From Flectonema sp. DT1601 (Eukaryota): a DNA stretch of 64,000 nucleotides. Made by a program: the position numbers and the translations under genes. Under the pieces are notes generated by a model. The model saw only the letters and a program-made list of their open reading frames with translations. It was not told the DNA's origin and made no database searches. The stretch is taken from contig OZ025781.1 of NCBI GenBank assembly GCA_964019425.1, positions 1,426,001 through 1,490,000 on the forward strand. Reading direction: 5' to 3'. Positions 24,107-35,958 of this stretch are shown one piece after another; within the stretch, counting starts at the first letter, position 1; every line of letters begins with the position of its first letter.

Positions 24107-27100
24107 TCATAGTAAAGAAATCGGTGTGTGGAGCCGCGGACACGATCCGTCCACGGATGAATGCTACATACATCCAGGCAATCTTTCCCTCGTCTCACTT
24201 AATTCAGCAGTTAAGTTAGTTAAGTATAAGTGTCTTTAAATAAAAAAAAAAATATTATTATTATTATTTTTTTCTTGTGTGTCCTTTTTTTCAGAAAATT
24301 TTGTAACCAAAATTGTACTATTATTTACTAAGATGTTAAAGTCATTCCCTGAGATGTCTCATGTCAAACTAAGATTTAATTTTTTTTTTTTTTTTTTTTT
24401 TTTTTAAGTTACTTCCAAAAGGTAAACAAGCAATTTTCTTTAGCTCAGATCAACTCTAATTATTAAAAGCGAATATTGTATTGCGGGTGTTATCGCATAT
24501 TCTGGACAACATTACGTGCCTCTGTTGAACGTCTCGTGATACAGTTGGTGCAAAAGAGTGGCTGGAATTAATGGCGATTTTCTTATATGTTCTTTAATTT
24601 GATTTAATTTACGTTACTTTTTTTTAAATTTTTTTATTTAAAAATCTTTTTGCTTCACCTTTTTTTTTTTTCTTGCTTGTAATATTATGCTCAATACATA
24701 TATTTTTGTTTTACTTTTCTTTCTCATACCTTTTTATGTTCCGAGGAATATTAATACATCATTATACTAAAGCTTGGTTTGTAATTTTACTTAATTTTTT
24801 TTTTTTTAAATTTTGGTTTTCCACCTTTTTTTTAAATCATACCTAAGTTTTTAACAATTTTTTTATTTTTAATCTAAACAACTAATTTTTTTTTTTTTTT
24901 TTTTGTTTCTTGTCGTTGAGTACCAAACACACTCTTCTTATTCTTATTATGTCTTTTTTTGCGCTTGACAAGTATGGTTAGGTCAACAATAATATTGGAC
25001 TGCACACGTAAACCTCCTTTAGACCATCTCAGTTCTAAGTCTGTTTACGATTTTCGTGCACAAACAAAAGCATCAACAAGTGTTATATTACTATTTCTTT
25101 TGTATAGTTTAAGTAAAAGCCAATTATTATTATTATTATTATTATTATTATTTTTTCAAAACCGATGATTATTTTGTCGGCTGCTGCAACTGTTGTTTGC
25201 GATGTTTAACTTCGTAGCAGTGAAAATCACAAGGAAGAGGAGAAAGGTAAAAGAAAAAAAAAGGAAACTAACACATTATAAAAAAGAAAATATTATAGCT
25301 CTTTTTGGTCAGGTATACGCGCGGATTTTTCTTGTTTCGTTGTTCGTTGCTTTTTTTTTAATTTTTTTTATTTTTTTTTATTGTTTTTTAAAATAACATA
25401 AATATATAGTTTATTGTTAGTGGCTGGGTAATCGACCCATTTTCCCTCCTCTCTTTTCTCCATTTTTTTTTCTTTCTTTTTGTTTGCTGAGCACATTTGT
25501 GCACAGAACTACTATAACTTCTCGAGTTTGTAGATGTTCGAGTTGTTAGGTTATTTTTTTTTAAAAAAAAAAAAAACCAAAATCAAGTGTATACTGGTTA
25601 ATTGACGGGTTGCTTGTTAAACCAGCAGGAGGAAAAAAAAAATAAAAATGATTTGAGAAGGTTTCCCACTAAAATCTTATATAGGAAGCAGCTCATGTCA
25701 TACACTTCAGCTTATATATCATAGCGAGGTAATCTCAATAAAATGCTTTGCCAAACTATTTTTTTTTTTTTTTTATAGCAAAACTTCTTATTGAGTTGGT
25801 TGTTTTTTTCTTGTTTCTGCTATCTACTAACAAGAGACATGCTACGCTGTGAGGTAGCAAAGCCTTGTCTGGTGATACACTTTTGAGTGGCGTGCAGCTC
25901 ACAATATGTACTGTTTTAAGCAAACCTTTTCTTGTTTATTTGCGATTGCCCTTATTGGGGGGCAAGCCCAAGCTAGCAAATATTATAATAAAAAGGGGAG
26001 AACATATCGGGCGTGATGGAGAAGAGTGGGTTTTTTTTTTGTATTTCCTGCTTGTTCTCTGTGCTTGGATCAACAGTGCAACACGTGTGTCGCACGAAGA
26101 ACTCTTACTTTTTACTATGTAGCGTGAGCTAGAAGCGGATTCAAACATCAAACATTAGTCTATATTAATTTTCGATGAATTCTCTTGTAGTTCTTCGCTA
26201 TTTTTGTTTTTCTTCAAAAAAAAAAAAAAAAAAACCCATAACATACGCATCTTTTGTTGCTATTTTTTTATTTTTATTTATTTATTTTTATTGTTGTTTG
26301 TCGTCATTGTTTTTTAATTTTGTTTTCTTACAGTTAATGCAGTAGAAAAACTTTAAAAAAACATAAATGGAGGAAACAAAAAAAAAAAATCAATTCACTC
26401 ATTCTGTCCATATGAGACAGATTTTTAAAAAAAAAAGAAGGAAAAAAAAAACAAAGAGGAGATAAAAAGCCCTCGAATCCCGTGTCACCTTATTTAGTGC
26501 ACGACACACGGTTGTAGCGTTTTAAGGTAGTTCTTACAGCTACCAACTTGTTGACTGGTCATTGGGTTGATTGGTAAAAAAAAAAAAAAAAAAAAAAAAA
26601 ACTAACAAAAAAAGAAAACAGAGCAAGTAACTGTGGCAAAAAAATTAAAGTATTGATGGTTAGGTGAATAAGGTGGATTACTTTCAGATCCATCTTGGTT
26701 GCTGGTAGCATATCGAATGGCTCTTACGGTTTCACGCAATATGAATGTGAACTTAGGAATGTCTCATAATTCAGTTATGCTAGTTAGATGGATTTCATCG
26801 ACTTTTGTTCCTCAAAACTCGTCTTTCTAGCGTCGTTAGCAATCTATCGTCATCTTTATGTTAACCAATACTACCAGTTACTTGCTTAACCACTGACCTG
26901 GCAGTGGATATACGTCTTTCTGTCACTTGCACATCGATCGGGGAAGCCGTTTTTTGGAATCCTTGATAATTCTTTTTTTTTATGACCCCTACACCAAACA
27001 CGTATCCTGCAATGCGCAAACACACTTTTGTGTCTGCAAGGTGGGTAGTTAAAAAGAAATTGGTCGTGATCAAAAGAAAGAAAAAAAAAAAAAAAAAAAA

Positions 27101-29097
27101 AAACCCGCAACTCCACTTTTATCGCTAAATAATGGTGAATTGTGAGTTTTGTCTCTGTTGTTACGATATGTTTTTTTTTCTTCTTTTCGTTATTTTTTTT
27201 TTGTTGTTGCCTTTCAACTTGCTGAGGTATCTTGTTGGCGACAAGTCCTCATTAGCACTTTCATTGTTCATTTTACAACACATTGCATTACTTTATTTTT
27301 TTCTCAAAAAAATTTTCGTTTTCAAAAAAAAAAAAAAAAAAAAAAAGTTTTGGGTGATTGCAAAGTGTGAAAGGGAAAAAAGAACAAAAAACAACGTTTT
27401 TTTTTTTTTCCCCCTTCACTTGAACCAAAGTAATGGCAGGCGAAAGACGTACCTTATCTAGTCTTGCTTGGTAACTGAAAATCATCTTGCAATCAAGAAA
27501 AAAAAAAAATTCCTTGTCCTTCTGTGGGAGAGTCTGTGAAAACGAAATTTTGACCAGCCAGCAATAGTACTTACTCCTTTACCAGCCGTACCACCACCTT
27601 TAGCTAATTTTACAAAACTTTTGTTATGGTTCGCTATTGTTTTTTGCTGTTCTACATTTTTTCAAAAAAAAAAAAAAAAAAAACTAATTCATCTGTTAGC
27701 TATCACCTTTCCCTCTCGAATGTCTTCATTATACAACTCAGATAATCCTTATGGTGCAATGCGGCATTTATATTGCATTTTGAAAAAAAAAACCAAAAAA
27801 AACCAAAAAAAAAAAAAAAACTGCATTTTATCTTCTTGTTGGCATTCCCCAGGCTTGTGCATTAAAAGATTTTTTCTTATCGATGCCCTGTACTGTTTTC
27901 TTCTTGTCCCTAACATTGTATATCATTTTATTACGAATCGTATCGACCTTTCTCTTATGTATGTTGTTTTCTGCGGGTTATAGCGGGCAGTTATCTGTGT
28001 AGGTGGCGGAGATGTCGTTCTTCCTTCTCTGGTAAACTAAGAATTTGAAAGAAACATGAGAAGAGAATTTAGTGGAAAAAAAAAAAAAAAAAAAAATCGA
28101 ATTAGTTTCCCTAAAGTATATTTGTTGTGCTACTCTTCTTCAGATGGTTATGTCATTACAAAGTAAACCTAAGTGACATTTCTCTTTTGGTTATAAAAAA
28201 AACTTCACATTAAGTAAATCTGCAAGATTAGGCACATGCGAAAAAAAAAAACATCTCCGTGAGAATCCAGATCGTCCGAAAAGAACCTAACTAGCAATAA
28301 CGTATTTCTGGTAGAATCCTTTCTCTTCACAACTCATAGTTGGTAATCTTTTTATTCCTTTACGAAAAGTCTCTGTCGTGTCAAGGGATACGAGCTTAAC
28401 ATAACAACAGTCAGTGCTGTGGGCTATGTCAGTTAGTTTTATATTGGTCCCTGTGTGACAACTTTCTGTGGGTCAAAAATTTACTAGTTTGACATGGTTG
28501 ATGTGAATGTTGTTGTTCTCCCTTATTGATGCTGATTTAGTGGAAAAAAAAAAAAAAAAAGCCCTCGGTTTTTTATCACTAAAAACTTTTTTTGTCGAAT
28601 CGTATGCGTTTTCCCACTTTATCTCAGTGATTGGGGCGACAAAAAAAATATATATAGAAAAAAAACCTTTCGAATGGGAGAACGTGTACTATGATACTGC
28701 TTTGTCGCGAACCTCTCTCCGTGAGAGCTAATTTGTGATTTTAAAATCTCCCCTTATAAAACAATAAATTACAAAACTTTCTTAGGAAAGCTAATTGTAC
28801 AGTTGTTTGATAGTATCGTAGTTTTTTCATTGACCCCCATTGTTTTTTTCTCTTACAACTTTGCCATTAAGAACGTGTTAGTTAAAAGTATAAACAAAAA
28901 CCGTTTAAGTCTTGGCAAATCGTATTTACCTCATTTACTTACTTTTTTTTACAACATCTTTTTCATTTTTTTTTTCTTTTCTAGAAATCTTCTTAACAAA
29001 GAATTAGTTTTTTCAAAGATAAATAATAATAAATGTAATCTAACACATGGAATATTCGATTATTATTTTTTTCTTTTTTTCGTTCGTTGTTTATTTG

Positions 29098-29242
29098 GCG
29101 ATGGTTTAGGTAGTCATTTGTTCCAGGTTATTCTACGTCTCTTATCGTCTTTGAGAGTCTCACAGTTGGCTGGTAGCGATATAACTGTTACCCTGTGAGC
29201 TTTTACTGGCTTTTGGCTTCCTAGGCTTCGTAAATAAATAAA
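29098..29242 (+). mobile_element. SINE-like repeat family, copy B
   Basis: GCGATGGTTTAGGTAGTCA...TCTACGTCTCTTATCGTCTTTGAGAGTCTCACAG...GGTAGC...GTTACCCTGTGAGCTT...GCTTCGTAAATAAATAAA aligns with copy E. Confidence 0.7.
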
Positions 29243-29342
29243 TTAAAAAAAAAATTCTTGATATAAACATGCAGACTTAATAATGACGTTTTTTTTTTTT
29301 TTTTTTTTTTTTTTTTCACCTTTTCTCCCAGTATTTAATTTC

Positions 29343-29462
29343 TCTACGTTAGTGAAATTATTACTTGTCTCACGGTTGTGGTATCGCATTACTGGTACTT
29401 TGTGGGCTTCCTCGGGGGTTTTCGACTTCCCTGACTTCATATTAAAAAAAAAAAAAAAAAAA
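29343..29462 (+). mobile_element. SINE-like repeat family, copy C (poly-A tail)
   Basis: GTCTCACGGTTGTGGTATCGCATTACTGGTACTTTGTGGGCTTCCTCGGGGGTTTTCGACTTCCCTGACTTCATATT(A)n. Confidence 0.72.
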
Positions 29463-30482
29463 GTTTATTTTTTGTTTAACTCATTCCCTCTTTTGTAAGA
29501 ACGGAAACTCTCTTGTATGACGCAGAAGTGAAATAGAAATTTAGCCCAAAGACACACATGGAAAGGATTATTTTTTCCTTTTTTTATAACATTGTGGCCC
29601 AGATGCAGTTTAGATTAAAATGAGAGGGGTAGCTTTTTCAGTAAATCAAATCCTTTTTTAATAATAAAATGGTTTTTTTGATTTTTAACCTTAACACTAC
29701 ACATGCTGCTTGTCATTATTGGATATGATAACAAACCCTTTATTGGTGGTAATATGTGTGGACCAGAACGCTGTTCTATTCTCACAATTCTTACTGGTGA
29801 GAATTGACAGTAACCCTGTTAATTTACTGCAATCATCGTCCTCCAATAAGCCTATCTTGATTGATTTGCGCACATGTAGCTATTAATCACGACGTTACGA
29901 CAGATAAGGACAGTTGGAGACGTTTTCTTGCGTCCTTGTTATCATGTTTCCTTTTTATTTATTTTTTTTTTTTAAAACGGAAGAAAAAAAAAAAAAAAAA
30001 AATGAATAAAATAAAATAGACTTGCATACTACGGAAATAAAAAGGTACTTTTTAAAGAGAGTTTTTAAAAAAAAAGAAAAAAAAAAAAAAAGAAATCAGT
30101 TTTTACAACCATTTATTCTTTTTGAAATGGTCATTTCCTGTTGTTGTTTTTTGATTGTTCGGATGATTCGTTCTTTTTAAAAGTAATCCTAACAGAAGTT
30201 AAAGGTTATTTCCTTCAATCGTCCCTACGTGTCTTTTTTGTTTTCCCCTTTGCAAGAAGAGTGGCCACTGCCCGCTTCTTTAATACAAAATAAAACGCGT
30301 GTAGGGATCTACTGCCTGTGCTTCATTTGTTTACTTTGCTATTTTATTTTCCCCCTTATTTTTGCACTCGCATAATTTACGTTAATATCTCATTACCTTT
30401 TGAATGCATTGCTAATTATTTTTTTATTTTTGCATTCGTATTTTCCTTTTGTTTGGAAAGACCTTTGATTTCTTTTTTACGT

Positions 30483-30638
30483 CCGTCTGTGACACCGTCT
30501 GCCTCGTGCATACAGTGGGTCCTGGTAGTCATTTATTTATGTAGCCGGTAGAGCTTTGCGGAATGTGTGGCGTTTACGGACCTATACTTTCTGTGAGCTT
30601 TTCTTGGAGTTTGACTTCCCTGATTTTCAATAACATAA
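30483..30638 (+). mobile_element. SINE-like repeat family, copy D (near full length, diverged middle)
   Basis: The 5' part CCGTCTGTGACACCGTCTGCCTCGTGCAT...GGGTCCTGGTAGTCA and the 3' part CTGTGAGCTTTTCTTGGAGTTTGACTTCCCTGATTTTCAATAA match both ends of copy E. Confidence 0.65.
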
Positions 30639-33600
30639 CTACGCTGAAACTTCTGCGTTCTGTAAATTTTTGGGCGCTTGTGTGGTATCAACTAGTTTGA
30701 TACTTTCATGTGCAGACAAACAAAAAAAAAAAAAAAAAATCCATACCATTTCGTGCTAGCTTTAATTATGTCAGCCTTTTTTTTGTGAAAATGAAAAATG
30801 AGAGATGTTGCAGTCGCACTTTCCTGATATAGAAACAAACTGTGCTCTCTCGTTTTCTTTTATCGTAGCAACTGCTAAATTTATTTGCACGTTTTTTTCT
30901 TTTTCGTGTAGGAACTGAATTTAACGTGAGGCCCCGTGTCCTTGGCCACAAGCAGCGGTTCCTTTTTCTTCATAGCTATCGGAGGTGCCATACGACCACG
31001 GATACATGGCACAAGTATTTCTGCTTTTTCTTTTTTTTGGAAGCGCTTCGATTCTGGGGTAGCTCTGCTACTTTGGACTGTAAGAAGTGTTTTTGGAAAA
31101 GGAAGTCTAAAAAAGTTGTACTGCAGTTATTGTGCGTCACAACATGTTTTGTGAGGGAGGAAAAAAAAAAAAAAGCGATAATGATTTAAGTTTAGGATAT
31201 TTTACTGACAGTGAGAGTCTTTCCGCAACCCAGCTGCCGTGTGCACTGGGGCAATCTTGTTGTTAGCTTGTATTCCTGATGCTTAAGTTAGTCTCGTTAT
31301 TTCTTGTTACCCGGTATTTAGGCCTCTGCTTGTTTCGTATTTTTTTTTTTTTTTTTTAAAACTGACTTTTTCTCTTTGTTTTTTTAGAGAGAAAAAAACA
31401 AAAAAAAACACAAAAGCAACAAAAATTGTTGCGGATATGGGAAAGAAGGAAAAAAAAAAAAAAAAAAAAAAGCACCGTTGAGATTCTTTTCAATGATGCT
31501 TTTGAAAAAATATTTTTTTTTTCCCTCATTCTATCATATGTATTTTTTATTCATTATTTAGCAAAAAAAAAAAAAAGAAAAAAACCTGGCATTATTTTTT
31601 TTTTTATTACCCCTTATTGCAGCCATCAATCTGGCGCTTAAGTTACTAAGTATTTTTTTCATATTTATTCTTATATTTTTATTCTTGTCCATTTCTCTTC
31701 TGGAGACTTACAGATTATCAGAAGCATTATCATTCATAAAATAAAATAAAATAAAAACTAACAATTCCAGAATAAGATTGTCTTTCTTGTGGTTTCTGAA
31801 CAGTACAGGAGTCCTACTCTGAAGTGCGACACGGAAATCATAATGACAGGCAACGCTTTCTGTAACCCAAAAAAAAAAAAAAAAAAAAATGGCTATATTG
31901 CCACTGTCACAATGCTTTTCCTGAGCTTGCTCAAATGGGAAGTTTTTTTTTTCTCTCTTTTTGTATCCATGCGATGTCCAACCTAAAAATGAGTAGGTTC
32001 TTGTTTTCACAACAATTCGCGTTTTCTTATTTTATTTTTTAGTGTGCTTAAAATGACCCCACTCAATGGGGTCTTTTTTCTTCGTTTTTTTTTGTCTCCT
32101 ATTCTCCATTGCGATTTTTTATTTTTTTTAAAGTACGTACTGTTTACATGCTTTGTGTACTTTCTCAAAGTGTCGCTGTACAGCTTCAGATGACTCATAG
32201 CGACCCCGTTTATTGGGTGATATAGTATCTTCGTCGTTCATCTTGGAGTACCCGACTACTACCTGAGTAGTACTAAACTTACTATCTGGTATATGAACAT
32301 TTTTCATACAAAAAATTAGTTCGCACAGATGCATTCTGTTTTGCGTTTTTTTTTTAAAACATTTAAAAACTAAGATCTTACAAAAAAAAAAAAAAAAATA
32401 ATAATAATTATAGAATTGGAAAAATCCAAAAATTGCTTTTTTTTTTTTTTAGTGCATGAAATTATTTCAAGCTGAAAATTTAAAAAAAAAAAAAGAAAAC
32501 AAAACATAAAAAAAAAAAAAAGGGAGTTCCCAAAATATTAATATCACGTTTACAGAACTAAACTCTGCATGATGCTGGAAACTAGTATTGTGTTGGATAA
32601 ATTAATATGTAAGTAACAAGAAAGGACGGCATACGCCAACTTTATTTGTACCTTACTCAGAAAGAGTATATCTTTGACGAAGATATTTAGACAGACTTAT
32701 GGACTTATTGATTGTTGAAATCTTGTTCCCTTTTTTTTCTCCTTCTCTTTGTTCTTTTTTTTCCCCTTCTATTCTTTTTTTTTATTATTATTATGTTTGT
32801 TTTCAATTCTAGTACATTATTGTAGTTAAGTAAAAAAGTCTAAGCAGAGATTTTGATTCCATGTGCAGTGTTTACGGTGGCGACAGCTGTCGTTCGTCTT
32901 CCCCCGCACAGCAATAGCCTCCTACTACTGCTATCATTATTCTATATGACTCAATGGATGAGGGTCATCTGACTTTCTAACTGCTTGGAACACAAATGAA
33001 TATTTTTTTTCAGAATTTTTGGAGAAGATAGAGATTAAAGAATTACATACAACTGGGAAAAGTTTTCAGTTAGTTTGGTGGGGGGTTTTTTCCCCCCTCC
33101 TTTCCTTGTTTTTCTTTTTTTCTTCTCTTTTTCTCTTTCTTTTTTTTCTCAGTCTCTCTCACTTATTCTATTTTGCAGATATTCTCCCATCCCTATTGGG
33201 ACAATTTGAGTTTTCTTTTAAAAAAAATTGTTTTATTCTGAATTGAGGGGAAAGTCGATCTCTTCCCACCAGCGAGGGTCACTGCTATGGTGAACTTTCC
33301 TGGAATTCGTCTACTCCTAACTTGAAGGGATGAACAATTGTTTAAAAGATTCTTTTTGTTTTTATATCTGCCTTTCGTTCTCAATGAAATAATGTTCTTG
33401 CAAAAGTACTGCAGTTGGCAATAGGTAAGGCTTGTTTAGGGAAGCAAAGTTTTCTTTTTGATCGTCGGCAGTACTGTTTTTTCGTTCAGTTCTTTAAGTA
33501 ACTGCACCGTGTGGAGATATTATGCGAGATTGTTTCTCGTATTAGCTGGAAGGTGCTTTCCCCATATAACCCTTATCCAAGGAACCCTCGTTTATTGCGT

Positions 33601-34570
33601 TCCACGTACTTGTTCTGTCGACATGCGAGACACATGCCGCAGACAATGGCACTCAACGCTTAATATTCAAGAATGCGATAAGAAAAAAACAGAATAATGC
33701 TCCTTCCCGATTGCATGTGCTAATGCTTTTTTGTATGTTGTGTGACACTGGGAGGTAAGTATTAATATATCATTAGTAAATAACTAATTAAAAAGAAGAA
33801 ATTCTTATGCATCCTCCCGACTTATCTGTGTGGGGGCGTTGGGCTGCGTTTGTTTCTTGTGTGATATATATTTGCGGGATTAGTAAAGCGAGCAACGTAT
33901 TAAGTTGTGTTCTCTCATAACACGGACCATCTCTGAACGTTGGTACTGCCAATGATTTGGTTTTTTGATTTCGTTGTCCCCAACATCTGGCCCCTGCGAA
34001 TGCGCGTAAGTCAACACTTTGCAGCTTTTCTGTTGCATTGGTTTTGGCGGCGCTTACTCACATTTGATTCCCATATCCTCCTTTTCATGCAAAATCTTTT
34101 GTTATTTACTCATACACACCATACACGCTGTCTGTTCTTTTGCGTAAATTTAATTAATAATTTTTATGTATTCGCCTCGATTCGCAATCAGATTAATGTT
34201 TTTGTTTATCGAGGTATTATTCAGGAGGTGAAAAAAAAAAAAAAAACACCTCCGTTAAAAGTAAAGATTACTTTATCTGTTACTGGGGATTACTAACCTC
34301 AGGTGAGGTAGTAGCCATCACTTTATTGAGGTAATCAATCTTACTAGGCAGATGCGCAGGACTACGTGATGGGGTAGTCTTTCAAACTGTCCGATTTCCT
34401 CGAAAAGTTGAAACATCGTTTATCTTTCCCTTGGTGTTTATTAGTATCGTATAGAATCGTATATCATATCATCATTCTTTTCTTTCTTGCTTTCTTTTCT
34501 GCTTCTTTTCTAAAGTGGCGTGTTCTCCCTCCCTTGGCGAAAAATTTGGTGAAAAAAAAAAAAAAAAAAA

Positions 34571-34748
34571 CCGTCTCTTGCACTGCCTGCTTGGTGCATC
34601 ATGCGACGGGTCTGGGTAGTCACTTCTGGTTAATTCACATCTCTTCTCGCCTGTGAAAGTCTCATGGTTGTGGTATCGAAATACTGGTACCCCGTGAGCT
34701 TCTCCAGAGGTTTGACTTTTCCAACTTTAATGAAAATAAATAAATAAA
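34571..34748 (+). mobile_element. SINE-like repeat family, copy E (most complete, ~165 bp plus (TAAA)n tail)
   Basis: CCGTCTCTTGCACTGCCTGCTTGGTGCATCATGCGACGGGTCTGGGTAGTCAC...ATCTCTTCTCGCCTGTGAAAGTCTCATGGTTGTGGTATCGAAATACTGGTACCCCGTGAGCTTCTCCAGAGGTTTGACTTTTCCAACTTTAATGAAAATAAATAAATAAA. Confidence 0.75.
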
Positions 34749-35207
34749 TGATAATTCAACTTTCTTCTTTCCATTTTTATTTTCCAAACAAATGATTCAA
34801 TCACATGTTTTGGGAATAATCAAAATAAAATAAAATAAAAATAAAATTGAGTTTGTAAGAATACTGTGTATCAATATACGAGTCTTTGTCATTACTTCAA
34901 AAAGAGAACTGACTGTACATGTTGAGTGTCGCAACTGCAAATAACTTCGAGTGCCAAAGTCTAATGTTATTATTTATGTGATAAGAAGTGCAATGTTTCT
35001 ACCACAGCTCTACTTGGGGGAGTAGCAGTAATACCGAAGGCTTCTGGAGCGTTATACAGCAGAATAGGGAAAATCTCTTTTTGTTCTTTTCCAACTTAAA
35101 GCAGAATCCCCTATGAAAAATACTCTTGCGAAAAGAATCATGTACAAATGCTTTTTTTTTTTCTTCCTTTTTCTTTCTTTTCTTTTTTTTTTTGTGTGCG
35201 TTCTGCT

Positions 35208-35239
<32 letters not shown>

Positions 35240-35904
35240 TTGTGGTTTTTAAAACACTCCAAACCCATTTGACTATTACGTTATTGTACGATACCAATTG
35301 GTTTAAAATACTAATATCTGAGCAACACATAAAATAGAATACAAAGGCCTTATAGCTTGTAAAACTAATGGAGTAGTGAAGAAATGAATGAACCCGAGAA
35401 CCGCCTGTCATATGCATATGCTGGCACCTCACGTGAGACTTGCCACTGAAGGTAGTCTCTCCAATTTGAGTATTATTATGTTGCATTGGATGCTCAGAAG
35501 TCTCTGAGAGTTGATGTAGAGTGTTTCGTTAACAAAAAAAAAAAAAGAAAAAAAAAAAAAAAAAGGTTAAATTTCATCTGCAGCGCGGTTTTCAACACGC
35601 ACACGCATGCGGTACTTGCCACGTATCTATTTTTATGTTACTGGTAAATCTGCTTGCAAGGTTTTTATGTACTTTTTTCTTCTTTTTTTTCTTTCTTTTT
35701 TTGGGCCGATACGTGCGAGGGTTTGCCTTGTATTTTTATTATGTTTTGGTTCAATACTTGAAATCGGATTTCGTTTCCTTTCCCGCACTTGCATCTCTTC
35801 CCCAAGGATACCTCACACTTGTTTTGTGTGTAGCAGTTGCTAGCAATTAGAATTCAATTGAGAATAACGCATCTTATCCGAGACTTATCAGGAAGTCTGC
35901 GTAA

Positions 35905-35958
35905 GGTAAAATCTACGTCCCTTCTCAGTTGGGGTAGAAAATTAACTTCCCTGACTTC
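35905..35958 (+). mobile_element. SINE-like repeat family, degenerate, internally deleted copy
   Basis: GGTAAAATCTACGTCCCTTCTC...AACTTCCCTGACTTC matches the middle and 3' motifs of copies B and C. Confidence 0.5.

Noticed and set aside
34571..34640. 5' part of the SINE-like element resembles an HDV-like ribozyme or the ingi/L1Tc 77-nt signature (CCGTC...GACGG-GTCTGGGTA...GGTTAATT)
   Set aside because: I could not build P1, P1.1, P3 and L3 consistently, and the position expected for the catalytic C is T in this copy. Worth retesting only on a genome-wide consensus.
34654..34730. tRNA gene suggested by the B-box-like GGTTTGACT motif
   Set aside because: No D-arm/anticodon cloverleaf; it folds as one long hairpin and belongs to the dispersed repeat.
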